From Botryllus schlosseri (lineage: Eukaryota): a stretch of DNA of 64,000 bases. The stretch is from assembly GCA_051294905.1 (NCBI GenBank), contig CM119376.1, positions 19,282,001 through 19,346,000 of the forward strand, in the 5' to 3' direction. This document shows, piece by piece, positions 48,831 to 62,016 of this stretch (its first letter is position 1; every line of letters begins with the position of its first letter). The translations under genes were made by a program, and so were the position numbers. The notes under the pieces were generated by a model. It was not told the origin of the DNA. It saw only the letters and a list, made by a program, of their open reading frames with translations, and did not search any database.

Positions 48831-50582
48831 CAGGGGTTCTCAGCCCTTTCTTGGTCGTGGCCCATTTTCCGATTTGAAAATGTGCTGTGGCCCACCTCTT
48901 ATCTTGGAGTCATAATCCTGTTCAATACGTGGTAGTCGTCGGCGCCAATATGCCTATTTATCTAAAATATGCGTATTTTTTTCTTAATTTACTGATGATA
49001 TTTAAAACTAGACCTCCAGGGACATGAAGTCGCGCGAAGCGCGAAGAAAATTTTCGAGTTGAATAAATATCCTCCAACAAGCGACCAACGACATAATCGT
49101 GGGCCCCTTCGAGCTCCCCCAATCGGGGGTTTGGGTGCGGCAGTTACGGCCCTGGTAGAGCATAATAGGCTAAAATTCCTGTGTATATTCTGATCATCCG
49201 CTGCTCCATTCGCGTTGCGAAACACAATGATCAAATCCCCGCATTCACTGTATGATTAGGGTTTTAGTTCCACTATTGCGGGGAATAATACAAACATTCC
49301 TGGTCAGCTTCAAACAATTCATTAATGAATGCTTTAGTACTACAGAGAACTGGAGAAAGAGTTTTTCTTAATATGCATGCTGTACAATGTACATTTGGTA
49401 TCTTGTACCAAACAAACTGAAGTTGCAATGTCAGAATATTCAATCCAATGATACAATCAATTCATGTGAGTCTTACATTATGTTCACTGATTTCCAGGCC
49501 GGACATTTTAAACCTACTCCAAAGATTAATGCGCTCTTCTAAATCCTCAATCCATTACGATTCGTTTCGGTGGTGCAGTATACCTTCACCAGAAGTTACT
49601 AAGTATTTTCAATTATCGCTATTTTTGTCTTACAATAATTAGGGCTGGGCAAAATCGAGTACCTGAGTGATTCGATTCTGAATCACGTAAAATGCTTCGA
49701 GTCGAGTCGAGTAATCGAGTATCACTCATTATGACGTCATAGCAGAATATTATTTGTCAAAGTTCAAATATGTACCTTTTAAGCGACCACAAAGAATATA
49801 ATGCCTGTTATCCATCATATTAAGGATACTTTGTTATTTTTTTCGACCCTACCGATTTCATTGCACTTGGTGACAATATTGTGGGTGGATCATGACTTCG
49901 GAAATGTGCTATATCCAGTAACGTTCGTAGCTTTGTACTTCATGTTTCGTATGCTACGATACGGCCAATCAAGGTTTCAAGGCTTCAACAGTGAAATTAG
50001 CATAAACTCGTTGATCGTTGATAAACTCCTCGTTGATAAATCAACTTTCAGTGGCGAGGAGAGTATAATTTCAGTACTCGAAAAAATCGTCTTTTACTAC
50101 TCGACTCGAATCATTAAAATTAATACTCGAATCATTGTGCCCAGCCCTAACAATAATACGACCTGTCGAAGTAGCCTACAGTATAATCTATACATCAATT
50201 ACACGTCATTCCTAGTTTATTTCACCCCCTTTCAACGGCATACGACATATGACCCTGCAGGAATACTTGGTTACTTCAGCACTACCTTCCAGTTATCATA
50301 TACTTGAAATTACTTTAGTTGCTGATAGCCGTAGCTTGTCATAGCCAGCGGAAAAAGCCTCCGTTTGTCCCTCTCGTTTTGACTTGTACATGCTGACTCC
50401 ATACGTGTCACTACGTCTCATCAAAGTCGGATGAAAAGTTCATGAATATATTCCTAGCGTTTAACATAACAAATAAAACTAAACTTGCATTAATTCTAAA
50501 ATTTTCTAAATAGCTGTGTGGCCCACCTCAAAATGCTCTGTGGCCCACCAGTGGGCCATGACCCACCCTTTGAGAGCCCCTG
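48831..50582. mobile_element. hAT-type non-autonomous element, 1752 bp
   Basis: TIRs CAGGGGTTCTCA and TGAGAGCCCCTG; GTGGCCCAC subterminal repeats; 8-bp TSD GTCCAACC at 48823-48830 and 50583-50590. Confidence 0.9.
49640..50149. mobile_element. Nested hAT-MITE, 510 bp
   Basis: Perfect TIRs TAGGGCTGGGCA and TGCCCAGCCCTA; 8-bp TSD ACAATAAT at 49632-49639 and 50150-50157. Confidence 0.92.
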
Positions 50583-53283
50583 GTCCAACCCAAACCATCA
50601 CCCACATGATCAAATGTCGTACACTCACACAGTAACGTAGGAGCATATATGCTGTCGCCCCTGGCTTTCGTTGAAAATGCCGCCCGGTGCCTAAGATATT
50701 CGTAGGCCCCCTGCCGCCCCAATTTAGAAATAGTTTCAATCTTTTCAATTATAGTTACTGGAAATCTTGTGCTTCAGTACTTCTGTAGTGTAGACTAAAT
50801 AGGTCATCCCGTAACATTTTGTTACCCATGGCGCAGAGCCATAAGCGCTAAAGCGGCTGCTACGCGACTGCACTCACAGTTCCACAAGCTCAAGATGTTT
50901 GCAATGCGACCAGCGTCCGATAACGCGAATGAATCTACAGCACTTTTTTAATGACATCTGAGCAATTATGAGAATTCTCTGACATACAACGGAATAGGCC
51001 ACGCTACCTACTTGCACGCGGAGCTCTATCAGACACGACTACGATTAGGATCACGACGGCGGGCCCGAATTACATCTATAGGTAGCGTAGTTGCATTGAT
51101 TCTGGATGTCAAAAATTCCGATGAGCATTGAAGTTTAGCAGGATCTTCTGACGGAATGTCTACGGCATTATTTTTCAAGATTCGTAGATCCAACTACATT
51201 TTGCGGGCACTGAATTGCAAATTTCTAGCTGGATGAATGAGGGTAATAGGTCTCAGAAATCTGAGAATCCGGACATTTTTCGAAGTGATGCAGCTTTCTA
51301 AAATTATAAATTACCTGCTTCGAAACTTGAGAATTCTGCTTTGCACCAGACTAAAATTTCTGAAAGCTTTTGTGAGAAGTCACCTCACATATAACTGCAG
51401 CATGTATGATGATCTGGCCAGGAAAATCGCAGTCCGCCCTAGATGCCTGCTATACAGACAATGGTGGGTGCATGGACGCTATATTCGAAGGGAATTGATC
51501 ATGCCTACAAAAGTAATAAGCCTAATTTAGAATGAAATTTGGCCCAATGATAGCATCTTGGAATCAATAACTTTTGGACATAAAAAAGAGAAAAGAAATG
51601 CCCTCAGCGATTTCGATTGGAAATGCCATGAATCCGTACGATACCAACAGCACTAGCTTCTTCGTATCACCTGCAGTGTAATTGTACAAGTGTTCATTCT
51701 GATGTATTTCTATCATTTCTGTGACGATGCTAGATTGCTAGACCTATAGATTTGACTGTGACGGTTGGTATCGAATGTGATTAATTGCGTTACGGTACAT
51801 TTAAACGGCGAGAAGAGCCGTTCGCTGTATGCCTACGTAGGCGCGGAGGATATTTTCTTTCATTCATATTAGTCCTTTGCTTCTAATTGCTCTTCATGCA
51901 TGCCGCCGAATTCTCAGATAACAATACCTAAATTCAGGTCTTACTTGCGTTTACCTTAATCCCGTTTCCATGACACTTCCGAAGCAAGCCAAGATCCAAG
52001 TAAAATCCTTTAATTGATGCCTTTATTATAAGAATATCAACATTGACTGTGCGTTAACATCGCTGTAATTTGGACCAGTAGACAATTCTTTGCTTGTTTT
52101 TCTTGGAACTTCTATTTCTGTTACTAAGAAACCAGCTACCATCACGGGAGCTGGTCATAAAAGTGGTCGGATTTTCTGCTCGGTAATCACCATAAATGTG
52201 TTTTACTACATAGTTGCCTTGCGCAACAGGCCTCTCTGCTGGTGGTATGCCTTAAGAATATCGTATAGCGGATCTATCTGCCTTTCTGACGTGTTAGTAT
52301 CAAAAAAACACCAGCAACAGCCACCTATTTAGCAATGAAACAGCCGAGATTCTCCCGAACGCTAGATACGAGACATATGCCTTGAGCAACCAAGTATACT
52401 TCTAATACATTTTCGCAATTCTATAGTATACTTGCACTACTTACTCCAGCGCCTCTGTTTTCAGACTACTTCCACTTCATAGCTTTTTGGGCCAATCTAC
52501 TTACCTTTGAAAGGGTAGTTTTTGTAAAAGAGAAAGTCGTGTTGGGATATGTTTGCAATCTTTACATCATTGTTATGGGGGATAGTGCCAAGACGAAACT
52601 TCCCTACATCAATGTAACTGGATAATTGCAGCTGTTTGTCTAGACATTTTGTACTCGTCGCAAAGATGCAAACTGGACTTCCAAAAAGAGCCTACTCCGA
52701 TTAATTGCTAAAAGATTGTGATCCCTAGACCAAACTGTTTTAGTCCCATTTGAAGCAGTTTTCTATTTCAGAACTCGATACTTGGGCTTGTGTAGTTGAT
52801 TAGAATTATATAGCGTTACCTCTTCATAAGTATATACTGCCCGCTGCCTACCCTGACCACCCCCGTTGCCTGTATATACAACCTTCCACGGATCGCCATA
52901 ACATATCAAATAATGCCGCATCCCGATGTAAACAAGATCCGTATATTGCACAACGAATGAAAAGAAAGAATGACGAAGATTGTTTGCTACTAAATTTCCG
53001 GCCACACCGCACACGATGAGTTATACAACTTCCAATCGTCGCCCGAGCACCAGCTAGTGTCGACATTGCCCCAGGGATCGACGTGCCACACCGTGATGGA
53101 GCAACTAAACATAGAGTAAAGTTCAGTAATTCTAATGTTAACCTAATTTGGGCAAGTGAAAAATATTTCATTTTCTAGTCGATTTAAAAAAAAGTGTTTA
53201 GCCGAAGTTCTAATCATAACTTAATTTGAAAGAAAACTGTGTAGGGATGATTCTAATGGAATAGCATACTCATATCGAAATAA

Positions 53284-53317
53284 ACCCGAATATTTTAGCC
53301 TGACACTCGTCAGGGGT
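53284..53317 (-). ncRNA. Degenerate hammerhead copy in a Penelope-like pLTR fragment
   Basis: Reverse complement reads ACCC-CTGACGA-G(TGTCAGG)C-TAAA-ATATT-C-GGGT; catalytic G12 changed to T. Confidence 0.65.
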
Positions 53318-53962
53318 AATCGTTAGCAACTAGTAGAGAATTGGAAAAATGAACAATTCGTATCCCCAATATAATATAATATAATTTGGAAAAGTTGAAA
53401 AATTGCCAGTTGCCGACTCTGGCTTCGATCACCATTTCCCGGAAATGTCGTTTCTGCGTTTGTGCTAAATAGGCTGCCTGTTACGGAATCTGAATACTAT
53501 CATTTGAGGTTTCAAGGCTTCCAACGTTGACAAGGAAGGTATATCGACACTGTATTTCAGTGACGAGCGGGTATTGATTTTCGAGAATTCAACTATCCAA
53601 CTATATCCGAAAATCCCGTCCAATAATCCAAAAAATCCGCATCGAAAAACACCGTCACAGAATTTCAACTGTCCAACTGAGCTGAGATAAAGTGATATGT
53701 GATAATATGATTGGCCTTACAGTATTGTCTACTCTCCAATGGTAGTGGTGTATGTTGATTTATCTTGGCTTGGACCCTTGACAAATATTTTAGAGTGCTA
53801 ACAGTCGTATCGCAAGGTGTCAACTGCCTGCGTTTGGTTATCGAATTGACTACTTCTTTCAGTGGGCTTGTAATCAAAACTCCCTTCCGTTCACAACTAT
53901 CCGGACATATTCGTATCAAAGTTAGGACTATGCTGTCCGATGCTCCGTCGATGAAATTACTC

Positions 53963-54115
53963 TTAGGGCGGAGATAATAAAGTAAGCTGATCCGGGAGAA
54001 TGCTAATCATGTGAATAAAAACTGTTAATCGGGACGCAATTTAGGCGCAGATAATAAAGTTAGCTGATCCGGAATAATGGTAATCGTGTGATTAAATATG
54101 CTAATCGCGACGTAT
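53963..54115. repeat. Two diverged tandem copies of a 78-bp unit
   Basis: TTAGG...GATAATAAAGT(A/T)AGCTGATCCGG... at 53963 and 54041. Confidence 0.7.
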
Positions 54116-54553
54116 AAAGTTGGAAAAGGTTACGCGCGATGGTTAGTCGAGGTGTCCCGAGTTTTCAATCAAGTGGCGTTATCTGTTGCTTCATATTGCG
54201 GAAACGCGTTACAGGCTTTCGGTTGTCAATTTGTTGAATGAAACAGCTGCCTGCTGACAGCGATACTGCCACTGTAATAGGTCGAACTATCACATCATCG
54301 CGAAATCAAAGTCGTGTCCAATTCGTATGGTATACACTGTAAAAAATAAACATGGATTTTATCATGGAAATGACATGACTTCCTCTTTCTCATGTTAATT
54401 CCATGAAAACACCGACATGGTTTTAAAATCTCATGTTGACATGACAAAAACTTCCATGATGGGACATGATGGGAGCCATGTCTATGGTTATCAAGTAAGA
54501 GTATCACGTTGAGCTTTAGTGATATCATCATAATTATCATCATCATCGTCACT

Positions 54554-54906
54554 GAGAGAGAGGAAGAGAGAGAGAGAGAGAGAGACAGAGAGAGAGAGAG
54601 GAGCGAGAGAGGGAGAGAGAAAGAGAGGAGGGAGAGAAGGAGAGAGAGGAGATAGAGATAGAGAATAGAGCAGAAAGAATAGTGGGGGAGAGAAAGAAGG
54701 GAATGAGAGCCTATATAAAGGAGAGAGAGAAAGAGAGAGGGGAGGGAGAGGGGAGGGGAGGAGAGAGATAGGGGGGAGAGACAGAGAATAGAGCAGAAAG
54801 AAGAAAGGGGGAGAAAGAAGGGAAAGGGAGCATAGAGAAAGGAGAGCGAGAGAGAGAGAGAGAGAGGGAGGGGGAGGGGAGGAGAGAGATAGGGGGAAGA
54901 GAGAAA
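54554..54906. repeat. GA-rich polypurine tract, about 350 bp
   Basis: Nearly pure (GA)n/GGA sequence with internally duplicated blocks (GAGAATAGAGCAGAAAGAA twice). Confidence 0.95.
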
Positions 54907-54960
54907 TCAGACTTATTCTCGTTTTCACCATTGAGATGCTTTGACGATTGAAATGCGATA

Positions 54961-55099
54961 ACCATGCTATCCCTGAATGCTGAACGTTGAGCCGGATAGC
55001 CACGGATACCAGTTTTTTAGTCTTTGGTCTGACATGGCCGGGAATTGATCATATGACCTACCGATCAAGAAGCAGGACGCTTTACCATTTCACTATATC
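54961..55099 (-). mobile_element. tRNA-derived SINE, second copy, 3'-truncated
   Basis: Reverse complement GATATAGTGAAATGGTAAAGCGTCCTGCTTCTTGATCGGTAGGTC...GTCAGACCAAAGAC...CTGGTATCC aligns with 2302-2450. Confidence 0.8.
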
Positions 55100-55707
55100 G
55101 CTATTTCAGCTGAGTGACAAGTAAACATCGTTACATCCTCACAGGATATATTGCAATACACAAACATCGTGATTCGTACATAGCTACATCATCGCACGCA
55201 AACAACGCCGTTCGGTTACGGAGCCATAATGACTCCGGATTATCTGGTTACAAAACCAGTCATGCGTACAGTATAGACGTAGCGCTCAATTCAAAAGGAT
55301 TGCAAAAAAGAGGAAGTTTGATGGAGTCGGTCATTTCATAGGTTGTTTTGTGAAAGTTGCAAAGTTTATGGCTTGTTGCTGTATTAAGCCGTGGATTGGA
55401 TGGTAAGTATTGATGTATTTATTGTTCCTGTCTTCGTTGTAATATATCCGCCGAATCTGCAATGCGTCACTGGGTATAGTCGAACCTGAAGCAACTTAGT
55501 CGTATTCAGTCAGATACCGGCATATAGCGGGAACTGCCAAACGGCTGCAAATAGTGATCAAAGTTTACTGCGTATGCATTTGTATGTAGTTGTAGATCAT
55601 GTGGTAGTTGGTAATGCGTTAGTAGTCCTAGACGTTTCACAAGCTTCCTTGCTTTTATTTTGTACCGTACTGGCAATGTTAAAGTGAAGTATTTATCCAA
55701 CTGTAGG

Positions 55708-55812
55708 AATATTCATCCTGAGGTGATTGAAAAAACTTCAGCTTTAAAAAATATGGGATATCATGCTATACTTGAGCCTTTGATTCAAGATTTGAAAACC
55801 CTAGAAACATAA
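55708..55812 (+). pseudogene. EnSpm transposase remnant
   Basis: NIHP...KNMGYHAILEPLIQDLKTLET* resembles the recalled animal EnSpm motif K.YG...ILEPLIQDLK.LE..G; ends in a stop. Confidence 0.7.
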
Positions 55813-56408
55813 GAACCAGATGTAAATTTGTATTTTACAGATATACATACTGCAGTTGTTTGTAATGTTACTCCTGTGATATTTGTGACATTGAAAATGA
55901 GGCTGCTGGAGATCATGAACGACTGAACGAGTGATTACAGTGGATCACAGATCTGAAATAGCTGAAACTGTGAGAACTGTATTTCGGAGTAATATCGGGG
56001 ACAGTATATTCAACTTCTATATTACGACGAGGCATTTGCCTCGTATGATCTCTCGACAATTCAAGATAAAGGAGTAATACGACTAATCTTGACAGACGAT
56101 GAAAGTAAGTAATTATTACCACACATAAATTGGTAGGCTACTATACTAGGATTAGGCTACACTCTTAACGCATATTCGAAGAGTTGTTTCGAGGTTCCGA
56201 ACGACACTGATTCCAAATATGACCTTGGTGTTTTCAAATTGTCTCTGGTTTTGGTGATATCCCATGGGGTTATTTTGACGAACGTCACATTTTCACTGTA
56301 TGGTCCAGATAAAAAAAAACGGCTAAGAAATTAAATCTACTTGTTATACTGAACACTGTATTAAATCAAAATGCAGTAAAATAATTATATTTAGGGTAAT
56401 TGGATTTA

Positions 56409-57353
56409 CCGTAATTTTCCAAGTATAGTACGCCCCCATGTATAATACGCACCCCTAAAATAGCATGTAAATTCTGGGAAAAAGCCTGTACCCATGTATA
56501 GTACGCACCCTGCATTTCAGTACATGAATAGTTCCGATTTCGTATACGATGTCATTCTGTTTTGCGATGTCACTCTTGAACAATCATTACACAGCGATCG
56601 CTAATCATTATACAATTAGCGGGATTGTCTTTGAATGATAGTAGATAGCAGCCAAAGCCTGCAAGGCGGGCGGCGCGATAGTTCAGGCTAGCGACACAGC
56701 ATCTTGAGCACGAGAAGACCTTTTACAGATGCGATTGCTAATCATTATAAAATTAACGGTATTGTGTCTAAACGATAGTAGATAGCAGCCAAAGCCTGCG
56801 ACGCCGGCAGCGAGTTAGTTTAGGCCAACGAACCGACATCTTGCGCACGATGCCTATTATAGATGCGATTGCGCCTAGGCTAACGGTTATGTCATGCGCA
56901 ACAGGTCTGTTGGAGATGCGACTGATTACGCAAGCGATTATATCTTGCGCACATGGCCTCTTGTGTATGTACTATGTATAAATTGCGTATGCGATTGTTC
57001 GGGCCGGTCGTTGACGCGATGAATTGGCGAGAATTGCCACGCACGAGTGTCTATTAGTGACCTAATTTTGCTCGCGTACAAACGGCAAACCAACTCAGCA
57101 GGAGATCGCGTGCTTTTGCACACGACTCTCGTTAATTGGATACACGCGTCGCTTCCCACTTATTACTGCGCGCGATGGCTGAAAGTGATGCGCGATTGGA
57201 AACAAACATGAAGAATGAAGATAGGTGTGATTTCAAGTTTTTTATCGAGGGAGATTTTTTTCAAGCGCGTTGTTCCCATGTATAATACGCACCCCCCGAT
57301 TTTAGGGCAAAAAATCGTGAAAATTTTGCGCATTATACATGGAAAATTACGGG
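56409..57353. mobile_element. Tc1/mariner (pogo-like) MITE nested in the CACTA element
   Basis: TA-CCGTAATTTTCCA ... TGGAAAATTACGG-(G)TA; TAGTACGCACC/TAATACGCACC subrepeats; internal tandem duplication of about 137 bp (about 56596-56850). Confidence 0.8.
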
Positions 57354-58036
57354 TATCATAATTGGAGTTTTTTATAGATTATTTCTTAAGAGACCACATC
57401 ATATTTAGAGTGGTGCCCCTTTAATTTCAACCTTGCAATCGATTTCTTACAAGCACGTTGCTATTTTTGCGCTGAAGAGATATTTCCATGGCTAAGCCAA
57501 GTATTATCGTGACTCTTCTATACTTGTGCAGAGAAAGCTGTTTGCAAAGTCAACACATCTACCCTTCCGAAGACGAACTTAGCGTCGACGAGCATCAAAA
57601 GGAAATAAGTCAGAGTGGAAATAGAGGGTGCCAGATGAAGAGATGCTGCAAGATCGAATGTGAAGAACTTTTAAATCAGGCCGCGACAGTGTCGTAAATG
57701 GAACATCAGCAAGAATACTGATGAAGAATGAAGATCAGTTTGGACCCATGCTCCCTTGGTAGGTACAATCTAACGCAGTGGTTTCAAACACAACATTGCC
57801 ATGATCGAGTCAATCTGCGACTTTGCAACAAACTCACAAAGTGTTCGTTTTACAGAATGCTATGATAGTACAAAACAAACTACATATATATATTCCTGAA
57901 ATAATTTACGATAGTTGTGACATATCCTCGACCACAAGCCCGACCTGTGCTTAAATTGAGACTACTGATAGTACTAAAGGCTCCTGCAGACAAACTTAAT
58001 TAATTAGCTATGATGTAAATCTGTCACAATGTTCAG

Positions 58037-58181
58037 ATTTTGGAAGAAGTGAAAATATGTTGCCTGAATCAAGCCTGTTTGGATGTTGATTTGACCTCAA
58101 AGATTTTGGAAAAGACTTGGAGCTCAGCACTCAGTCTCCTGCAACCGCAAGAAATTCCGATAGAAATTCAAAAAGTTATGG
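58037..58181 (+). pseudogene. Exon-like remnant inside the CACTA element, possibly its accessory gene
   Basis: GTTCAG acceptor; open frame ILEEVKICCLNQACLDVDLTSKILEKTW...IQKVM; G|GTAAGT donor. Confidence 0.45.
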
Positions 58182-58419
58182 GTAAGTAAGATACTTTCGC
58201 AAATTTAGGTAGTTGGCGGTCAATATCTGTCGAGTAGTTCTAGTCGCGGATTGTGAAAAATGATTAGTTCAAATTTTAGTTGCGGGTTTCGGGAAGTGAG
58301 TAATTCTTGTTCCAGCTTCGCAGTTGTGTAGGTGCTCAATAACTGAAAAACACATGTCATCGCGAGGGTGGGTTGAAATCGAATAGCCTACCTGAGTGAT
58401 TCCACAGATCTAGTTGGTT

Positions 58420-59545
58420 CAGGGATGGGCAATTATTTTTCTCTGCAGGCCACTTCAGTAATAGAAAGTAAGTTGGCGTGCCGAGCCAAACCAACATGTT
58501 CAGCTATATTCTCCAGTGTATTGATTTTATTTATAAATGGAAAGCAGTGAATTACATTTTTAATAAATACGTCTCCGTGGATGTGTTGATATTAGATAGC
58601 CTAATGAGAAAAGTACGGTTAATTAACGAAATGAAAATTTATCTTTATTTTCCCTCCTAATTCAAGATAATGTTAAACATGATACATTTTGAATTCTCTG
58701 TAATCCGGGTTTTTATATCAATACATTAAAAGGTAAGCTATATCTTAACAGTGCGACTTGATGAAATTGACATATATATATATATATCGGTTTCGGCCGA
58801 CATGTGGCGGTACTTTTGGTCAAGATTTCCTCGCCGTTGAGCTTTTTTGCAGCACACTTCGCAGAGTCACATGTTAGCCGAAACGTCATTGTCAACGTCT
58901 TGGTGTGTCCTGACGCGCTAACGGCCGACGCCGAAATGCTGATCTCTATAAATTAGCTGTTCTTGCGGGTAGAGTGGTACCCATATTATTATCAAAACAT
59001 CTAGTCACTATATATCGCGCGAAGAAAATTTGAATTAAATTTCATAAATTATAGGATTTATGTCCATTTACGAAGTAATTTTTGGTGCTTCGAGCTCGGG
59101 CCCTCTCCATTTGAGGGGTCTGGGATGCGGCAGTTGCGGCCCTGTGTTTAGTGCATTTCAGCTTTCGACATTCTTTTTATGATATGTCCATTCACCCTTT
59201 ATGTATGATGAGGTTTCAGTCAAAACGCGCACTGACAATGGCAACAAAGAAGGTTTGAACCAAACTATACGGAAGGAGTAACTTATTGTGACTTATTGTT
59301 ACGACCTTGCTACATAGACTTGATTTTAAATCTGGATTACGCATACAAGCTTGGGAGGGACGTACGCTATGTTATCGCGATACATTATTGAGCAGGTTTC
59401 AAAGTAAATCAATTTCCGTTCCAGCTCAGTTTATCCAGCTTATGGTTTTATTCAGCAATATTCAAAAGTAGGTTTTATGTTTTTAATTCCAAAAATTGGC
59501 CACATGTGCTTCTCAAAATAATGGGGCTCACTTTGCCCATGGCTG
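58420..59545. mobile_element. Older hAT-type MITE nested in the CACTA element
   Basis: TIRs CAGGGATGGGCAA and TTGCCCATGGCTG; flanks AGTTGGTT and AGTTCGAT match 6/8, a decayed TSD. Confidence 0.6.
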
Positions 59546-60852
59546 AGTTCGATGTATTATAGTTCGTTAGTTGCGGATTTATAAAGGTCATTACTTGGTA
59601 GGATATTATAGAAATAGGGTATTTCAAGTTGCCGATTTTAAAAACTGTCTGGTTCCTAAGGCAATGTTGAAATTTGCATATTTTTTGCCACGCCCATATT
59701 TGCAGTTCACACTACACAAACAGTAACTGCATTCATTTAATTTTTGTAACTGCATTTATTTAATTTTCAAACCGTTTTTTTCTCGAATGTTCCACTTGAG
59801 CTGATCTCTCACTTCTCATTCAGGTAATCAGAAATTGGACTGGGTGGTCGGCATACCCACCATTTTCAATGAACGCTTCGACAGCTTCCTGATTGTGGAT
59901 AAGGTGAGTTGTTGATAATGGCCAAAACTGGTTTGCTCAATAATACTACAAGACAATACTACAATAATAATAATAATAGTTAATTCAGATTCAAGTGCTC
60001 GAATCATTATGCCCAGCCCTACAAACAATGTGAGTTTAGTGTGCGCCATTGCCTCGCGGGAAAACCAGTCAAAAACCATTGATATTGTTAGTTGTGATTT
60101 AGTTCGTAAGCTCCTGATTTTAAAAGGTTGCTAGTACTAGTTCTAGTATCAAATTTTAAAAAGTTCTAGGTATAGTTGTAAGTTATAGTTATATTTGTGG
60201 ATTTTGAAAATTGAGTAATTTTAGTTACAATTCTAGTTTTGAATTTTATAAGGTGATTGATTAGTCCTAGTTTTAGTTTTACTTGCGGATTTGAAAAAGC
60301 GAGTAGTTCTGTTTTCGGAATTCCCAGAAAAGACACAAACAACCTTTGGCCGGGTCGCAATCACCAAAGTTGAACTCCGTCACCAAAATACAAGTTTTCA
60401 AATCCTGGATTAACCGCCCATCCGTGCAATAATCCATCCATTTATTAATAATTGGATAATCGTAGGTCGTAGCATCAAATAGTATAGTGGTGCAGAGGTA
60501 AAGGAATGGAAGACAGTGCATGTGTGCATACTTGATATTGTCAAGTGAAAAGTAGATTTTGTACATACCGAGACAATTCATAGACAAGGTCACTGTAATG
60601 AGGTGCTAATAGATTTTTGTCATCTTAACTGGCTGTGATTGATACAACTTTAAACCACCTTGGAAACTATTCATATGTATTCTATCAACCCGTGTGCCTT
60701 GAATAGTGCACGCATGGTAATGACATTTATATTCATTATAGGATCCGAAGAATGTCAACCCGACGATGAAGTGCGATACTCTTCAGAAAAAGTGGACAAT
60801 CCATTTCGTTTGGGAATCTGTCGATGGACTAATGAGTTTCCATCATACAGTG

Positions 60853-60927
60853 GCGACATATTGCGTTTTCAACATGAAGTTTGCGCCAGCGTCAGCGAGT
60901 TCATTGAACTTTTCGCAGATTTTCTTG
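60853..60927 (+). pseudogene. EnSpm accessory ORF (SAMD3-like C-terminal motif) remnant
   Basis: ATYCVFNMKFAPASASSLNFSQIFL resembles the recalled motif ASYYVFNLEYPK....TLEFIQR.FL. Confidence 0.55.
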
Positions 60928-61481
60928 CAAACATTCCAGATGTCAAATACAGCTAAATACATCCAACCACAGGGTATGTGTACATTAATAGAGGTGAAAG
61001 GTCAATTTGAAGCATTATTAGGACATGGGTAGGGACATGGATGTCAACAGGTCTACATGGATGTCGACAAGTTATCATGGGCCTTTTCCATGTCAACATG
61101 ACTCAGGTGGGACCAGGTCTAGACTATGGGTACACCCATGATTATTTTTTACAGTGTAGCTAAGAAGAAACGGATTATAGAATATTGATATCGCTCTGCC
61201 ATGGCGGGTACATAATTCGTTGATTGTTTAGTGAATCTGTTACCTGGAGACTATCGGCACGGTCACTATCGAAAACATTTGTGCGTAGGAATGGTACGCA
61301 GTGTACGCAGTTTTTATGAATAACTTTAACTAGTTATCTATATAGTTTGTTCTGGTTTGTTAAGTCATGAGATTAACGCTCCGGCTTGTTAGGTCATGAG
61401 ATTAACGCTGACTTTATGCGCTGCGATGAACCGGTTTCCTTAATCCAGGGTTGATAAATCCGGACGAACGCGATAATCGAC

Positions 61482-61487
61482 TTTATT
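61482..61487 (-). promoter_or_regulatory. Candidate poly(A) signal of the RING/TM gene
   Basis: AATAAA on the minus strand about 30 nt after the stop at 61515. Confidence 0.45.
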
Positions 61488-61514
61488 GCTAATCCAACTG
61501 TTTTATCTTCGCCC

Positions 61515-62016
61515 TTAGTGCGAGGGGCGCATATTTCCATTGCTTAAAAATCGACTCCCCCACTCGGCCCGAATAATTACAATTGGCACTAGACTCGGAT
61601 AATATCGCTCCAAGCGTCGCGCCAAGCCCTGTTCTATAATAATCAGTTTTACGCAAGTGAATCCAAGAGAAATAGTGAAGCCATACCAGACAGCATCATA
61701 AGCCTCAGCGTCCGGCGAATAGGCATCTCCATCGCGCGTGTCCAGCGAAACCAGCCTGGCACAGGCAAGTGAAATAATCCCGATGCACGCAAGCGCAAAG
61801 ATGACGCTTGCCAGTAACCACGACCCGTTCGCGCATACACTCGGGCAAGCGGCGTCCATAGCAAAATCGAACGACTCCGACGGGATTCCCGGCCCGCAAA
61901 GTTCGGGCGTACACGAGCCGCATTTCGCGGAGTAAAATTCGTGGCAAGCGTGGCAGCGGAACATTCGCGCCGCGTCTGTGACGTTTGTCTTGCGGCCGCA
62001 ACGTGGACACACGAGC
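61515..62016 (-). CDS. RING-like/TM protein, terminal exon (Cys cluster plus two TM helices)
   Basis: TTTTTGCAG acceptor, phase 2; LVCPRCGRKT...CHACHEF...WLLASVIFALACIGIISLAC...VWYGFTISLGFTCVKLIII...*. Confidence 0.88.

Larger units (their letters stand above)
54335..61156. mobile_element. CACTA/EnSpm (CMC) DNA transposon, 6822 bp, decayed
   Basis: TIRs CACTGTAAAAAATAA(A/T)CATGG, 20/21 identical; TA on both flanks; CATG-rich subterminal repeats at both ends; internal transposase and accessory-gene remnants. Confidence 0.85.

Noticed and set aside
51441-51506. RCLLYRQWWVHGRYIRRELIMP resembling P2X7-ballast-like/Kolobok accessory motifs (AYRQF.WW.HG...RR.IP)
   Set aside because: Only about 20 residues match, without the expected upstream Cys cluster or element ends. 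An HHpred search of all frames of 50900-51700 could revive it.
54491-55003. 170-aa Leu/Ser/Pro-rich ORF
   Set aside because: It is a translation of the GA microsatellite.
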